Numbered from the whole stretch's first letter, positions 13,148 through 26,406 are shown. The stretch: DNA of 63,936 nt, filler included, from Octopus bimaculoides (GCF_001194135.2; 9 parts of 8 records of this genome joined end to end with filler, not necessarily neighbours in it), one strand, 5' to 3'. The notes: generated from the letters alone by a model not told the origin. Numbers and translations: made by a program.

Positions 13148-14553
13148 CATTGTCATAACTAATGTTAAGATAATAGTAATAATTGATATGGAAAAAAAAT
13201 TATTCTTTAAGTGGAGAATTTGCATCACGAAATATCCTAATTATACTTGTTGGGTCATAAATTAAGTAAATAAGGCTCCTATTTCTCGCACACTCATACA
13301 CACCCTTGCACACACAGACATACTCCCCCTTTCTCTCTTTCTCTCTTTCACTCTTACTTACTCTCACTTACATGTACACGCACACACACAAACACACGTA
13401 TGTTGTGTCAGTTCAGTTTCATTTTACACTGTCTTTATGGCACTCATGATGAAATGGGAATTGAATGAAAGCCTAATCTAGACATTGCCACATGAACTTT
13501 TCCTCTATTTATCAACCAGGAACTGTGTCTGGCATCAGCCTATAGAAACTGACTCATTATATTTGATTACATAGTAACTAATCTGGACTTAACTTCATTT
13601 CATAATGAATTTCACTGCCATTGCTATAAACCTTCAACAACAGCCAACATATCAAGTCGATGAGAAATGTGCTAAATGCCACTGAAAATTCCAACTGTTT
13701 TTTTCCATATACAACAATTAATTATCCAAGTAATTTGAGTTGTGAGGATGACTAGTGGTTAGTGAGAACAGTTTAGAATTAAGAATATTGTGTAAATGGC
13801 TGTTTTAGTACCATAATTATTACATCTTTTAAAACAACGGAAAGGTATCGTTGGGAGGGAAAAGTAATACTCATAACCCTTAGCATGATTTCCAAAACCA
13901 GTGAGAGGAAGGAAGGGAGGTATTCATAAACCAGAGATATAACCTAAATATTTGCAACAAAGTGAATTCCACTGAAGGCACCCAGAGATCACCTTGGTTG
14001 TAATGTTAAATGAAGGGTAAATTAAATTGACCACTCAAGTAGACTACAGTGGGATTTGAACTCAGAATGTAAAGTGCTGTTTACAAGTATTGTAAGGCAT
14101 CCAATCCAACTGTCTAGAGATTCTGCCAAACCACTGCTCAAGATTACTATTTTATTTATTGGTCCCAGAAGGATGAAAGACCTCTGCAGGATTTGAACTC
14201 AGAAGGTGCAAGTCTGGAATAAATATCACAAATGATTTCATTCAATGTTTTACCAATTCTGCCAATTCACTAAAACATAAAGTACAAATATTTTTTTAAT
14301 ATTACCTCTTTTTCAATATAGATTTTATATCGTTGCTCTTTAGCACATGGGAATCCACAATAAAGCAGATCTATGATGAAAGACATTTCCACCTTCAGTC
14401 ACTCTGTGAAGGAACATGCTATCAAATGTATTCTTCTAGTAGAATGTAATTTGAGTCGAATTTGGCTATTGTTTATAGCAAGTCAAGACACCGGAGAGAA
14501 GCTTCTTGCTGTTGTTATTATTATTACTGTTCAGCCTTGGACAATACATTAAC

Positions 14554-14692
14554 CTGAATACAGTGGTGAAGTTCCAACTTCGTATTTCAGGAGTTTGGGG
14601 GATTGTGGAGCTACCCCTTCATCACCAGGGCAGGTCTGCTCTGGTTTGGTGCCTGTCAAGGGCCCAAGTTTTGGTTCAGATAGCAGATGTTC
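14554..14692 (-). CDS. Candidate internal coding exon, product unknown
   Basis: GC-enriched island; acceptor ccttaatcacAG|, donor |GTtaat; open frame EHLLSEPKLGPLTGTKPEQTCPGDEGVAPQSPKLLKYEVGTSPLYS; no recognisable domain. Confidence 0.25.
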
Positions 14693-15756
14693 CTGTGATT
14701 AAGGTATACAGGATTCAGAGAAGGTTTGGTGCTTGATTATGTGTCACACAGACCCGCCAGTATATAGACATGACTTGATGCCACATGAACCACTGTGTAA
14801 TTGTTAAGAGGGTCTTTGCCTCAAGGATAAGTTTGAGAGAGCAGAACACTAGCAGAGCATCCTGTAAAGAAACCAGTATCTGGTGACAGGAAACGATTAC
14901 TGTATCTTTCCCTAGAAAAGTCTTGAATCTTCAGGTTGCTGATACCTGTAGGTGTGGCACATAAAGGGAGAGAGAAAGAGGGAGAAAGACCGAGACCTAA
15001 GTTAATGCTGATCCACCAAGCCTATAATAAAAGATATTCCAACTTTACTAATTTTTTTCCTTCATGCATGGTGTATCTAGGACTACATTATCAAATGTGC
15101 CTGTCCTTTTTTGAAAGAAATTACTGGTTTTTCTTGAGGTTTTGAGATTTTATTATTTGACCCAATGTCATTCCTGGTCCAACAGACCTTTAAACAAAGA
15201 TATTCCAGCCATCACATTCTTTTCTCACATATTATCCAATGTTTTTCATTTTTTCAAAAACAGTAAAATCTTATTGGAAAACATTTCATTTCTATTCCTA
15301 GCACTCACATAGAGAGTCTAACCCTTGGATAACTGGTTACCATAGTTGTTATTTACCCCTAGGTCAATTTTGATCCAGTAGACCTATGGACCAGATAAGA
15401 TGATGCAATCTCTTTTGTTTTTGCTTTTTTTGGTTTTTGTCAAACCATTGTATATCTAAGACTGCATTACCTAATTAAGCCAGCAGAGGGTCTTTCTCAT
15501 TGCCTGGAGATTAAACAGTTTGAATGTTAGGTCCCTTGATCAAGTAACATACATATCAGTATATGAACTTGTGACATATTAGCTGGTTGCCTTGGTAACT
15601 CTAACAACTGACATCTCAAACCATCTACATCTCTCTGGATCTTATCATCATTGTCATTATCATTACCTAATCATAAAATTCAGCAATTCCAATATTCTCA
15701 TCTCACTACCATTTATTGGTTCCTCTAGCATATCATTCTCTGATGAAATATATCAA

Positions 15757-15796
<40 letters not shown>

Positions 15797-15797
15797 C

Positions 15798-15829
<32 letters not shown>

Positions 15830-15863
15830 CGTGTGTGCGTGCGTGCGTGCGTGCGTGCGTGTG

Positions 15864-15942
<79 letters not shown>

Positions 15943-16074
15943 TCATCATCATCATTGTCATCAGTTTTCCAAGCTGGCAATGGGTTGGATGGTTTAACTT
16001 CCATATAATCTTGAGCTTGTCCAGGATATTCTATGATTTTGTAATTCTCACTGGACAGCCTTTTCTCTTAAAGT

Positions 16075-16555
16075 AATGTTACTTCTTAAGTAGGTAGAGT
16101 CATCAACCATCTTCAGATTTTTGCCATTCAGAGTACAGATATCGCCAGTTACAATACAGCCCATGTATTCAGTCTTACTAACATTGGCAAAGAGTCCTAT
16201 ATATGTGCAACAGCAGTCTTGAGTATGTATGATAAGTTCATCCGCATCAATTCACTGTTTTTTTTAAATAAAATAGTTTTGAACTGTTAATGGTGCGATA
16301 CTATGGCTATATTTTCTTGGTAAACTTTCCCCATGGTGAACTTTCTTTGAGGTGAACTTTCTTCATGATGAATTGATCATGATTCATCAATTGATGGCAG
16401 TGAACTTACCTATAATCATCTTGAGTGCGTGTTACATTTTCTCTGCTACTTCTATACTGTCTGCAAAGGTGGCAAGATCATCTTCTTTGACTGCATCCAG
16501 TTTCTTTATTGTAGGATGTCTTATACATCTAGCTCTCTCAAGTGTAAATCCATAA
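16075..16555 (-). mobile_element. RTEX/RTE-like LINE reverse transcriptase fragment, interrupted at about 16255-16410
   Basis: GFTLERARCIRHPTIKKLDAVKEDDLATFADSIEVAEK (decayed YADD region), then IGLFANVSKTEYM...TLNGKNLKMVDDSTYL. Confidence 0.7.
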
Positions 16556-16909
16556 TCTTTGCTGATGTCACTGTATGACCCATAAGACTGAATGACCCAA
16601 GCAAATTATAAAAAGGTGTGGAGCCAGTGAGTCTCTTTGAAGAATATTAAAAACTTCGGATGTCTTGTACATCTGGGCAGTGCATTGCATTCTTGAGCAA
16701 AACACTTCATGCTCTGCATCACTTCTCTATCTAGCTGTTATACACAGGCAATGGTGATTTGATGGACTGAGTAAGCTATTGTACAGCTGATACATTGGAT
16801 TGCTATAAAGAAATCATCTGTGCAGGTTGTGCAGCAAGACATTTTCGGACCCTTATGTGTCATCTACAATAAGGGTCCATGATACATACATATATACATG
16901 CATATATAT

Positions 16910-17025
<116 letters not shown>

Positions 17026-17965
17026 GATGGACCCAACAATCTGCACTTACTTTGTTGAGTCTAGCCTACAATTTGCAAAGAAGCCCACAGATGTTGCAAG
17101 TATGAGGATTTCAGGTCAGTGCAAGCAGTATATTTGCAGCCATTTTTCACCTTTGTCTTGCACTCCTAAGCCTGTTAATTCTGGTTGAAACAAAGTCTTT
17201 TATACCATTTTGACATAACTGTCTCCATTTTATTTGCACTGAGGCTGTTTATTCAAAGGTGCTGTGAGTTATATTGACTGTTGAGAGGTTACTCTTCAGC
17301 TTGTCCTTATATCTGAGCCATGATCAACCAACATTCGTGTGCCCACTATCAAACTGTACTTAAAGATTTTAGATATTTGTTTATTACTCACTTTGATGAC
17401 ATGGCCAGCACAGTTGTGACTGCATAAAGATGCTCTTGATTCCACCTATCTTACATTTGTCAAACAGTTTGACATTGTATGTATGTATAAAGTCATTTTT
17501 GTCCATTGCCAGTTCTTTATTTGTCCTGAAATGCCCTAGGTGTTCAATTGTTTGAGTATCTTAGTTAATTCCAAGTTTTTGTTGATGGTGTTATATTGTA
17601 ATCAATAGACCCACCTGTTATCTCTTTCACTCCCTCCCCCCACACTTTTACATGAAGCAGTTTATTGGAGACATTGCTTCATTTGTTTTCTAATAATAAC
17701 AATCGTCAGTATTGTATACACAGTCTTTTTACTTTTCAACTCATTTTCTCTGACACTTTCTCACTCTTATATGAGTGTACACATATCAATATACACAAAC
17801 ATGCTTACGTATAGAGATATAAATACTTACATTGATACATTTATTTGTCTCATCAGTTGCTCTTAAATCTAATATTATGAGTTTCAAAGATATGCAGTCT
17901 CTGTGAAGAAACTGCTGATAAAACATACACAGAAAATGATTAAAATATTATTAATAATAATAATG

Positions 17966-18003
<38 letters not shown>

Positions 18004-18004
<1 letters not shown>

Positions 18005-18027
18005 TGGCATGCACTGCTCTCTCACTC
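18004..18027 (+). mobile_element. 24-nt 3'-terminal remnant of the (TAA)n-associated non-coding element
   Basis: atggcatgcactgctctctcactc between two (AAT)n runs; nearly identical to the reverse complement of 61943-61966. Confidence 0.8.
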
Positions 18028-18302
18028 AATAATAATAATAATAATAATAATGCTGTCTCAAACGCTGCACAAAGTTCAACTTATTGCACTTGACAAACCA
18101 CATTAATTTGTTACTTCATCATTCTCGTCTTGTTACTGTTCTCAAAAGTAGTAGCTTTGTTCACTGTTAACAAGATAGAATGACTGTGGTGGTAATGGTG
18201 GGTTTGATGATCATCGTGTTTTTAGTGGTGGTGGTGATGGTGGAACATATCTAACTGGATGAGAACAAACCTAACTGGGGCATACATACATGGTAGCTTT
18301 TG

Positions 18303-18340
<38 letters not shown>

Positions 18341-18342
<2 letters not shown>

Positions 18343-18751
18343 TCTTTTACTCTTTTACTTGTTTCAGCCATTTGACTGCGGCCATGCTGGAGCACCACCT
18401 TTAGTCGAGCAAATCGACCCCAGGACTTATTCTTTTGTAAGCCTAGTACTTATTCTATCAGTTTCTTTTGCCGGACCGCTAATTTACAAGGACGTAAACA
18501 CACCAGCATCGGTTGTCAAGCGATGTTGGGGGGACAAACACAGACACACAAACATACACACACACATATATATATATATACATATATACGATGGGCTTCT
18601 TTCAGTTTCCGTCTACCAAATCCACTCACAAGGCTTTGGTCGGCCCGAGGCTATAGTAGAAGACACTTGCCCAAGGTGCCATGCAGTGGGACTGAACCCG
18701 GAACCATGTGGTTGGTAAGCAAGCTACTTACCACACAGCCACTCCTGCGCC
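18341..18751 (-). mobile_element. SINE family A, full length, CpG-intact
   Basis: Minus strand: ggcgcaggagTGGCTGTGTGG...GGTTCAGTCCC (A/B boxes), cttgggcaagtg CORE-like motif, internal (TA)n(TG)n, tail ending in repeated agtaaaag. Confidence 0.92.
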
Positions 18752-18883
18752 TATATATATCNNNNNNNNNNNNNNNNNNNNNNNNNNNNNNNNNNNNNNN
18801 NNNNNTTAATTAATTAANNNNNNNNNNNNNNNNNNNNNNNNNNNNNNNNNNNNNNNNNNNNAAAAAAAAAAAAAAAAAAAAAA

Positions 18884-20287
18884 ATGAGACACACTTGGAA
18901 TCTCTGATCCAAACTGACAATATTCAGTAAAGACATTGGAAAGCCGTTTAGAGTAGATAAATGCACACTACTAACTATGAAGAGAGGCCGCAAGATAAAG
19001 TTTGATGGCATAAAATTACGACGATATCATTCGATTGCTATGGAATAAAGAATACAAATACCTCGGAGTTCTGCAAGGTGACAAGATAATGGAAAAAAGA
19101 TATGAGAAAGTCACTAAAGAGTACAAAAGGAAGATTAGGAAGGTGGTCGAAAGAAAATTAAATGGAGGGAACATCACTGAAGCCATAAATGGGCAATGCC
19201 AGTATTGAGATACTCGTCCCCCTTTCTGAAATGGACAAAGATCGAGCCGCAGAACTTAGAGAGAAGAACCAGAAAGCAGCCCATCCTAAAAGTAATGCAG
19301 ACCGACTCTATCTGCTAAGAAAGGAAGGTGGTAGATGATTACTAAACGCGGAAGACACTGTTGGTACTGCTATACAGAGTAAAGAAAGAATACTTTCGGC
19401 AGCCAGAGATACCCCAAAAGTGACTGAAATAGTAGGAAAATTCAAAGGGAAAAGGAAGAACAACCGAATGAACAAATGGAAAGAAATGGAATTGCATAGT
19501 CAAGTTATGCAACAAACGGAAAATATTGGAGGTGAAATTCACTGGCTTTGGTTGACAGGCGGGAACTTGAGACAAGAAACAGAAACGTTAATTAAAACCG
19601 ATCAGGAACAAGCCCTTAGAACAAATCTACTCAAAGCAAAGTTCAACAAAACTCAGTCAGGCAGTAAATGTAGAATCTGTAGGAGAGAAGACGAGAGTAT
19701 CAATCACATTTTGAGTGAGTGCAGTATACTAGCACAAAAGGAGTACAAGCGAAGAGATAACCGCGTAGGCTAAAGAGTGCATTTGGATGTTAGTAGAGTA
19801 TGTGGCTTTAGAACAACAGAAAAGTGATATGAGCATGAAACAGACGCTGTGCTAGAAAATGAGAATTACATATGATGTTAAAGACTGACCATACTATTGA
19901 GGCAAGAAGACCAGACATTATTACAGGCGACAAAATAAACAAACAGTGCAAGGTCATAGATATTGCAATTCCCTATGATAGCAGAGTTGATACCTAAGAA
20001 ATGGAAAAAATTGAGAAATACCAAGGTCTAGCTAGAGAACTGAGGAGACTGCGAAAGACTAAGACAACAATTTTCCCTGTAATAATAAGTGCACTTGATA
20101 CAACATCCAAAATGCTACCTAAAAGACTGAAAGAAATTGTACTTGAAACTCGCATTGTTGACTTTCGGAAAAGTATCATCCTATATTCTGCTAGAATCTG
20201 AAGAAAAATTCTCGAGATTTGAAGAAACATGTCGTTACCAAACTTCAAGATAAAATACCTGCTAATTAACTTAGCATGCACCTAGCG
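18884..20287 (+). mobile_element. R4/Dong-clade non-LTR retrotransposon, 3' part (RT end, CCHC knuckle, restriction-like endonuclease), degenerate
   Basis: LESLIQT..FSKDIG, KYLG, HPKSNADRLYL.RKEGGR, CRICRREDESINHILSEC (CX2CX8HX4C), RRPDI..IDIAIP, EKIEKYQGLAREL; multiple stops and frameshifts; followed by taataattataat. Confidence 0.9.
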
Positions 20288-20299
20288 TAATAATTATAA

Positions 20300-20518
20300 T
20301 TAAGATTTCAAATTTTGGCACTGGGCTAGCAGTTTCTTCGGGAAAGGGCAGGTCGAATACACTGACATCAGTACTTAACTAGTACTTATTTTATCGACCT
20401 CGCAAGGATGAAAGGGAAAGTCGATCTGGGTCGAATTTTAGCTCAGAAGGTGAAGACGGACGAAATGCCGCTAAGCATTTTACCCGGCATGCTAACGATT
20501 CTGCCAGCTCGCAGCTTT
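20300..20518 (-). mobile_element. SINE family B
   Basis: Reverse complement of the gagctggcagaatcgttagcatgccggg...gtcgac...ggtcgataaa...aagtactag family also seen at 32474. Confidence 0.8.
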
Positions 20519-20563
20519 AACAGCAACAACAACAAAAACAACAACAACAACAACAACAACAAC

Positions 20564-20604
<41 letters not shown>

Positions 20605-20712
20605 TACAAAGACCTGGAANNNNNNNNNNTACCCGGCATGCTAACGATTCTGCCAGCTCGCAGCTTTAACAGCAACAACAACAAAAACAACAACAACAAC
20701 AACAACAACAAC

Positions 20713-20755
<43 letters not shown>

Positions 20756-20759
<4 letters not shown>

Positions 20760-21063
20760 TACAAAGACCTGGAAATAGAGATAACTCGAATGTGGAATCT
20801 AAAAACAGAAACAATTCCTATCATAGTAGGTGCCTTAGGTATAATAAAAAAATATTCAGACAAATACATAACAAAAATACCAGGACTTACAAATATATAT
20901 AACATACAGAAAATTGCACTACTGGGTACTGCACACATTCTACACAAAACACTTTCAATACAGTAAACATAAGAGCACCACAGCAAACCACAGCACATAC
21001 CCAAGGCGCACAGAGCTGCGCTCGGTAGTGAAGTGAAAGCACGTTATAAAAATAAAACTACTG
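20756..21063 (+). mobile_element. R4/Dong-like 5'-truncated 3' end inserted in (TAA)n
   Basis: KYKDLEIEITRMWNLKTETIPIIVGALG...QKIALLGTAHILHKTLSIQ* plus about 100 nt of UTR; (AAT)n on both sides. Confidence 0.85.
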
Positions 21064-21084
21064 AATAATAATAATAATAATTCT

Positions 21085-21297
21085 TTCTACTGAAAGCAAA
21101 AGGCCTCAGATTCGGGGGAAGGGATTAAGTCGATTACATCGATCCCAATGTGCAACCGGTACTTAATTTATCGACCCCGAAAGGATGAAAGGCAAAGTCG
21201 ACCTCGGTGGAATTTGAGCTCAGAATGTAGAGGCAGATGAAATACCACTAAGCATTTTACCCGGCGTGCTAACGATTCTACCAGCTCGCTGCTTTAA
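21085..21297 (-). mobile_element. SINE family B
   Basis: gggattaagtcgattacatcgatccc...ggatgaaaggcaaagtcgacctcggtggaatttgagctcag...gctaacgattctaccagctcgc. Confidence 0.88.
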
Positions 21298-21322
21298 CAA
21301 CAACAACAACGATGATGATGAA

Positions 21323-21362
<40 letters not shown>

Positions 21363-21859
21363 TACCACACAGAGATAACGAAAGAACCTCATAAGAGTTC
21401 CTTGCAGATGTTCGCTGGTGATTTTTCGTGTAGTAAGAGCGACTAGTATCATGGCGACCTTTTCCGTTTAGTGTTTCTGCATCGTTATGTAGGTGATCTT
21501 TAAGTGTGGCCAGTGTACAAACTGTATTGATGTATACTGAACTGAGTTCTTTTCAATTCTTTGTGGTTTAATAAATAAATATCAATAGTAGATTTAAATG
21601 GATATGTGATATTTAGCAGGCGTTACAAAGCATAAATAAATAGTGAATGCAAATAATCTAATTAAAAGCAATTGTGGCTCAGCTGAGGCTAAACAACAAG
21701 ACCAACTACAAGATGGCTAGCAAGAAAGTAATGTAGACGAATAGGCGTCAAACATAGAATTAATTTCTGCTTGGGCTTTTGAAAGGGAATGGAGGTTCTT
21801 GTCGCACAATAATGTAAAACTATATACTGTCAGGAAGGCACAATCTGTTTACAAGCGAG

Positions 21860-22141
21860 TTGTTGTTGGCACTCCGTCGCTTACGACGTCGAGGGTTCCA
21901 GTTGATCCGATCAACGGAACAGCCTGCTCGTGAAATTAACGTGCAAGTGGCTGAGCACTCCACAGACACGTGTACCCTTAACGTAGTTCTCGGGGATATT
22001 CAGCGTGACACAGAGTATGACAAGGCTGGCCCTTTGAATTACAGGCACAACAGAAACAGGAAGTAAGAGTGAGAGAAAGTTGTGGTGAAAGAGTACAGCA
22101 GGGTTCGCCACCATCCCCTGCCGGAGCCTCGTGGAACTTTA
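21860..22141 (-). mobile_element. SINE family D, 3' part (head lost in gap)
   Basis: Near-identical to 23349-23620. Confidence 0.85.
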
Positions 22142-22782
22142 NNNNNNNNNNNNNNNNNNNNNNNNNNNNNNNNNNNNNNNNNNNNNNNNNNNNNNNNNNN
22201 NNNNNNNNNNNNNNNNNNNNNNNNNNNNNNNNNNNNNNNNNNNNNNNNNNNNNNNNNNNNNNNNNNNNNNNNNNNNNNNNNNNNNNNNNNNNNNNNNNNN
22301 NNNNNNNNNNNNNNNNNNNNNNNNNNNNNNNNNNNNNNNNNNNNNNNNNNNNNNNNNNNNNNNNNNNNNNNNNNNNNNNNNNNNNNNNNNNNNNNNNNNN
22401 NNNNNNNNNNNNNNNNNNNNNNNNNNNNNNNNNNNNNNNNNNNNNNNNNNNNNNNNNNNNNNNNNNNNNNNNNNNNNNNNNNNNNNNNNNNNNNNNNNNN
22501 NNNNNNNNNNNNNNNNNNNNNNNNNNNNNNNNNNNNNNNNNNNNNNNNNNNNNNNNNNNNNNNNNNNNNNNNNNNNNNNNNNNNNNNNNNNNNNNNNNNN
22601 NNNNNNNNNNNNNNNNNNNNNNNNNNNNNNNNNNNNNNNNNNNNNNNNNNNNNNNNNNNNNNNNNNNNNNNNNNNNNNNNNNNNNNNNNNNNNNNNNNNN
22701 NNNNNNNNNNNNNNNNNNNNNNNNNNNNNNNNNNNNNNNNNNNNNNNNNNNNNNNNNNNNNNNNNNNNNNNNNNNNNNNNNN

Positions 22783-22998
22783 GGGATGGGCTACTCGAAC
22801 TGAAAAAAATTCTAACTGGGCCCCCAACTGCGAGGTCATGCACTGTTTATCTTGATATGAGATCACCATATCGCGCACATATGGTTGTGATGCATGTGCC
22901 TGGTGTACCCTTATCAGACGGGTAGTCATGATGGGTATATTGGGCTTCGTATATTTTACCCCGGTGTCACTTTGATGGCATGCTTTCTAAGAAGAGAG
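22783..22998 (+). mobile_element. (TAA)n-associated non-coding element, 3' part (remainder in gap)
   Basis: Reverse complement of about 63213-63430; followed by (AAT)n to about 23070. Confidence 0.85.
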
Positions 22999-23070
<72 letters not shown>

Positions 23071-23348
23071 GTTACAAGTATTTAAAATTATGTAATTTTC
23101 GCCAGCTGGAAGCCACCATTACCGATGTGTCAAAAGTTCATCTATATACGCCCCTTTTTGCCAAGTAAAAATAACAAAAAGATAAATAAATAAAATATCA
23201 CCAAACAATTTCATTGTCTCCCTTCTTACCAGCTACTACAAGGACATCAATTATAACCAACTATCACACTTAGCAACATAGACATACCACACACACGCAG
23301 AAGATAAAAATATCATACGAACTACAATGGCAAAAAATTCTCACAGAC

Positions 23349-23722
23349 TTGTTGTTGGCACTCCGTCGCTTACGACGTCGAGGATTCCAGTTGATCCGAT
23401 CAACGGAACAGCCTGCTCGTGAAATTAACGTGCAAGTGGCTGAGTACTCCACAGACACGTGTACCTTTAACATAGTTCTCGGGGTATATTCAGCGTGGCA
23501 TAGTGTGACAAGGCTGACCCTTTGAATTACAGGCACAACAGAAACAGGAAGTAAGAGTGAGAGAAAGTTGTGGTGAAAGAGTACAGCAGTGTTCGCCACC
23601 ATCCCCTGCTGGAGTCTCGTGGAGCTTTAGGTGTTTTCGCTCAATAAACACTCACAACGCCCGGGCTGGGAATCGAAACCACGATCCTATGACCGCTACA
23701 CTAACCACTGGGCCATTGCGCC
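23349..23722 (-). mobile_element. SINE family D, full length
   Basis: Minus-strand head ggcgcaaTGGCCCAGTGGttag...GGTTTCGATTCC (A/B boxes); body shared with the 21860 copy. Confidence 0.88.
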
Positions 23723-25394
23723 CCCCCCCCCCACTTTCACAGACTAACATATTGTATTTACTCCAACTCGGTCACATTTGTGCNNNNNNNNNNNNNNNNN
23801 NNNNNNNNNNNNNNNNNNNNNNNNNNNNNNNNNNNNNNNNNCCCCCCCCCCCCACTTTCACAGACTAACATATTGTATTTACTCCAACTCGGTCACATTT
23901 GTGCTGAACTTCGTAAATATTGAATAAAAGTTATGATAAATATGAACTATTTCTTCTGTCCATTTATTTTCTGAAATTATGAACAATGTAACTCTCAGCT
24001 TCTTGCAGCCTTCTCAACTTGCCATACGTAGCCTTTACCAAACTTATTACAAATACATAATTGCACTGTTATATCTTGCGACTTCTTCACATTAGCACAA
24101 ATTACATCATAACGTTACAATTGATGACACTGATGTATAACATACATCATACCCATATCAGACACACACGCACGCACACATATACATATGTGTATACGAC
24201 GGGCTTCTTTCAGTTTCCGTCTGCCAAATTCACTCAGAAGAGTTTGGTCAGCCCTGCTCCATAATTCAGAAAATGATTTAGAGTTAAGCTTCACAAAAAT
24301 GCACAAATATAGGAACAAATAAACTTATCACATAAAAAAAATTACACTTAATTCTTTTTTACTGTCTACTTACTTTTTACTTGTTTAAGTCATTGGATTA
24401 CGGCCATGCTGGGACATTGTCTTGAAGTTTTTAGCCGCACAAATCAAACCCAATTATGTATTTTTCGTTTTACATCTGGTACTTATTGTATCGTTCTGTT
24501 TTGCCGAATCGTTAAGATAGAAGGAAATAAACAAACCAGCACTGGTTGTCAAGCTGTAGTGGGAAACAAACGATGAAGTTCCCTTGTATGTATGTATGTA
24601 TGTATGTATGTATGTATGTATGTATGTATATATGTATGTATGTATGTATATGTATGTATGTATGTATGTATGTATGCATGCATGTATGTATGTATGTATG
24701 TATGCGTGTATGTATCTTTGTAGGTAGGTAGGTAGGTAGGTAGGTAGGTGCATTCGTTATTAGCGGCAGAAGCAGAATTCGATCAACATAGCATTCTCTC
24801 TTACCTAATTAAATCAGATATACCATTGAAAGCCTTAAAACTGTGGTATTCTTCTCCAGAAAGCATCTTGTATAGACGTATAACGTTAGAAAAACAGAAA
24901 TTTATTAGAAGCAGACGAAAGGTCTCAAGCAGCACAGCTGAGTGAACTGGAGCAACATGAAATGAGGTGTTTTGCTCAAGAACACAGCACTCTACCCTAT
25001 CCAGAAATCGAAACCACGATCTTGTGTTTGTCACTGCAAGACCTTGCCTATTAGGCCCTCAAGTACCTTCCGCTCTAGCTAAGCTACTGTTGAAATTGCT
25101 GCAAACAGGCTGGGAACGCACTTTTCTTAAGCCGCGGTTGATCATCTGCAGAATTCCGAAACAGATTGGATAATTCAGAGATATTGCCGCGAACAGAAAA
25201 CGTATTGAAAACCAGAATCGTGAAGACATCAGCCTTTGTTTTGAAATAAGACAACTACTTTAAAACAAGATGCCATCTTTCGTGGTTCATTTTTTCATTT
25301 ACTTATTTATTGTAATATTACAATAACATTAATAAGTGAATTTCGATTCATTATATAAAAACTTATATAATAATGATATAAAATTTTTTTTACA

Positions 25395-25697
25395 AGGGCA
25401 GCTTGTGGGAGGGGATTAAGTCGATTACATCGACCCCAGTGCGTAACTGGTACTTATTTAATCGACCCCCCACCCCAAAGGATCAAAGGCAAAGTCGACC
25501 TCAGCGGAATTTGAACTCAGGACGTAAAGACAGATGAAATACCTATTTCTTTACTGCCCACAAGGGGCTACACACAGAGGGGACAAACAAGGACAGACAA
25601 ACGGATTACGTCGATTATATCGACCCAGTACGTAACTGGTACTTAATTTATCGACCCCGAAAGGATGAAAGGCAAAGTCGACCTCGGCGGAATTTGA
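25395..25697 (-). mobile_element. Two tandem SINE family B segments
   Basis: The motif gattacatcgacccc...gaaaggatgaaaggcaaagtcgacctc.gcggaatttga occurs twice (about 25420 and 25615). Confidence 0.85.
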
Positions 25698-26183
25698 NNN
25701 NNNNNNNNNNNNNNNNNNNNNNNNNNNNNNNNNNNNNNNNNNNNNNNNNNNNNNNNNNNNNNNNNNNNNNNNNNNNNNNNNNNNNNNNNNNNNNNNNNNN
25801 NNNNNNNNNNNNNNNNNNNNNNNNNNNNNNNNNNNNNNNNNNNNNNNNNNNNNNNNNNNNNNNNNNNNNNNNNNNNNNNNNNNNNNNNNNNNNNNNNNNN
25901 NNNNNNNNNNNNNNNNNNNNNNNNNNNNNNNNNNNNNNNNNNNNNNNNNNNNNNNNNNNNNNNNNNNNNNNNNNNNNNNNNNNNNNNNNNNNNNNNNNNN
26001 NNNNNNNNNNNNNNNNNNNNNNNNNNNNNNNNNNNNNNNNNNNNNNNNNNNNNNNNNNNNNNNNNNNNNNNNNNNNNNNNNNNNNNNNNNNNNNNNNNNN
26101 NNNNNNNNNNNNNNNNNNNNNNNNNNNNNNNNNNNNNNNNNNNNNNNNNNNNNNNNNNNNNNNNNNNNNNNNNNNNNNNNNNN

Positions 26184-26220
<37 letters not shown>

Positions 26221-26406
26221 TACATTCATAAATACATACACATGTATAAATATATACATACATATACACACACATACACATGCATATGTACATCAAGCGT
26301 ACACCACACAGAGACACTCATACATACACACATACATACATACAGACATACATACACAAACACATACATACATACAGACAGACAGACAGACAGACAGACA
26401 TACATA

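Noticed and set aside
20480-20780. Apparent exact tandem duplications across short N gaps (also 23722-23904, 59457-59562, 60262-60335, 60388-60470)
   Set aside because: The same sequence is repeated on both sides of a gap, typical of unmerged contig overlaps, so finger counts in ZNF copy 2 are inflated.
21430-21735. Promoter or first-exon-like motifs (catggcg, caagatggc followed by a GT donor)
   Set aside because: Short motifs expected by chance; the first ATG hits a stop after six codons; no independent support.
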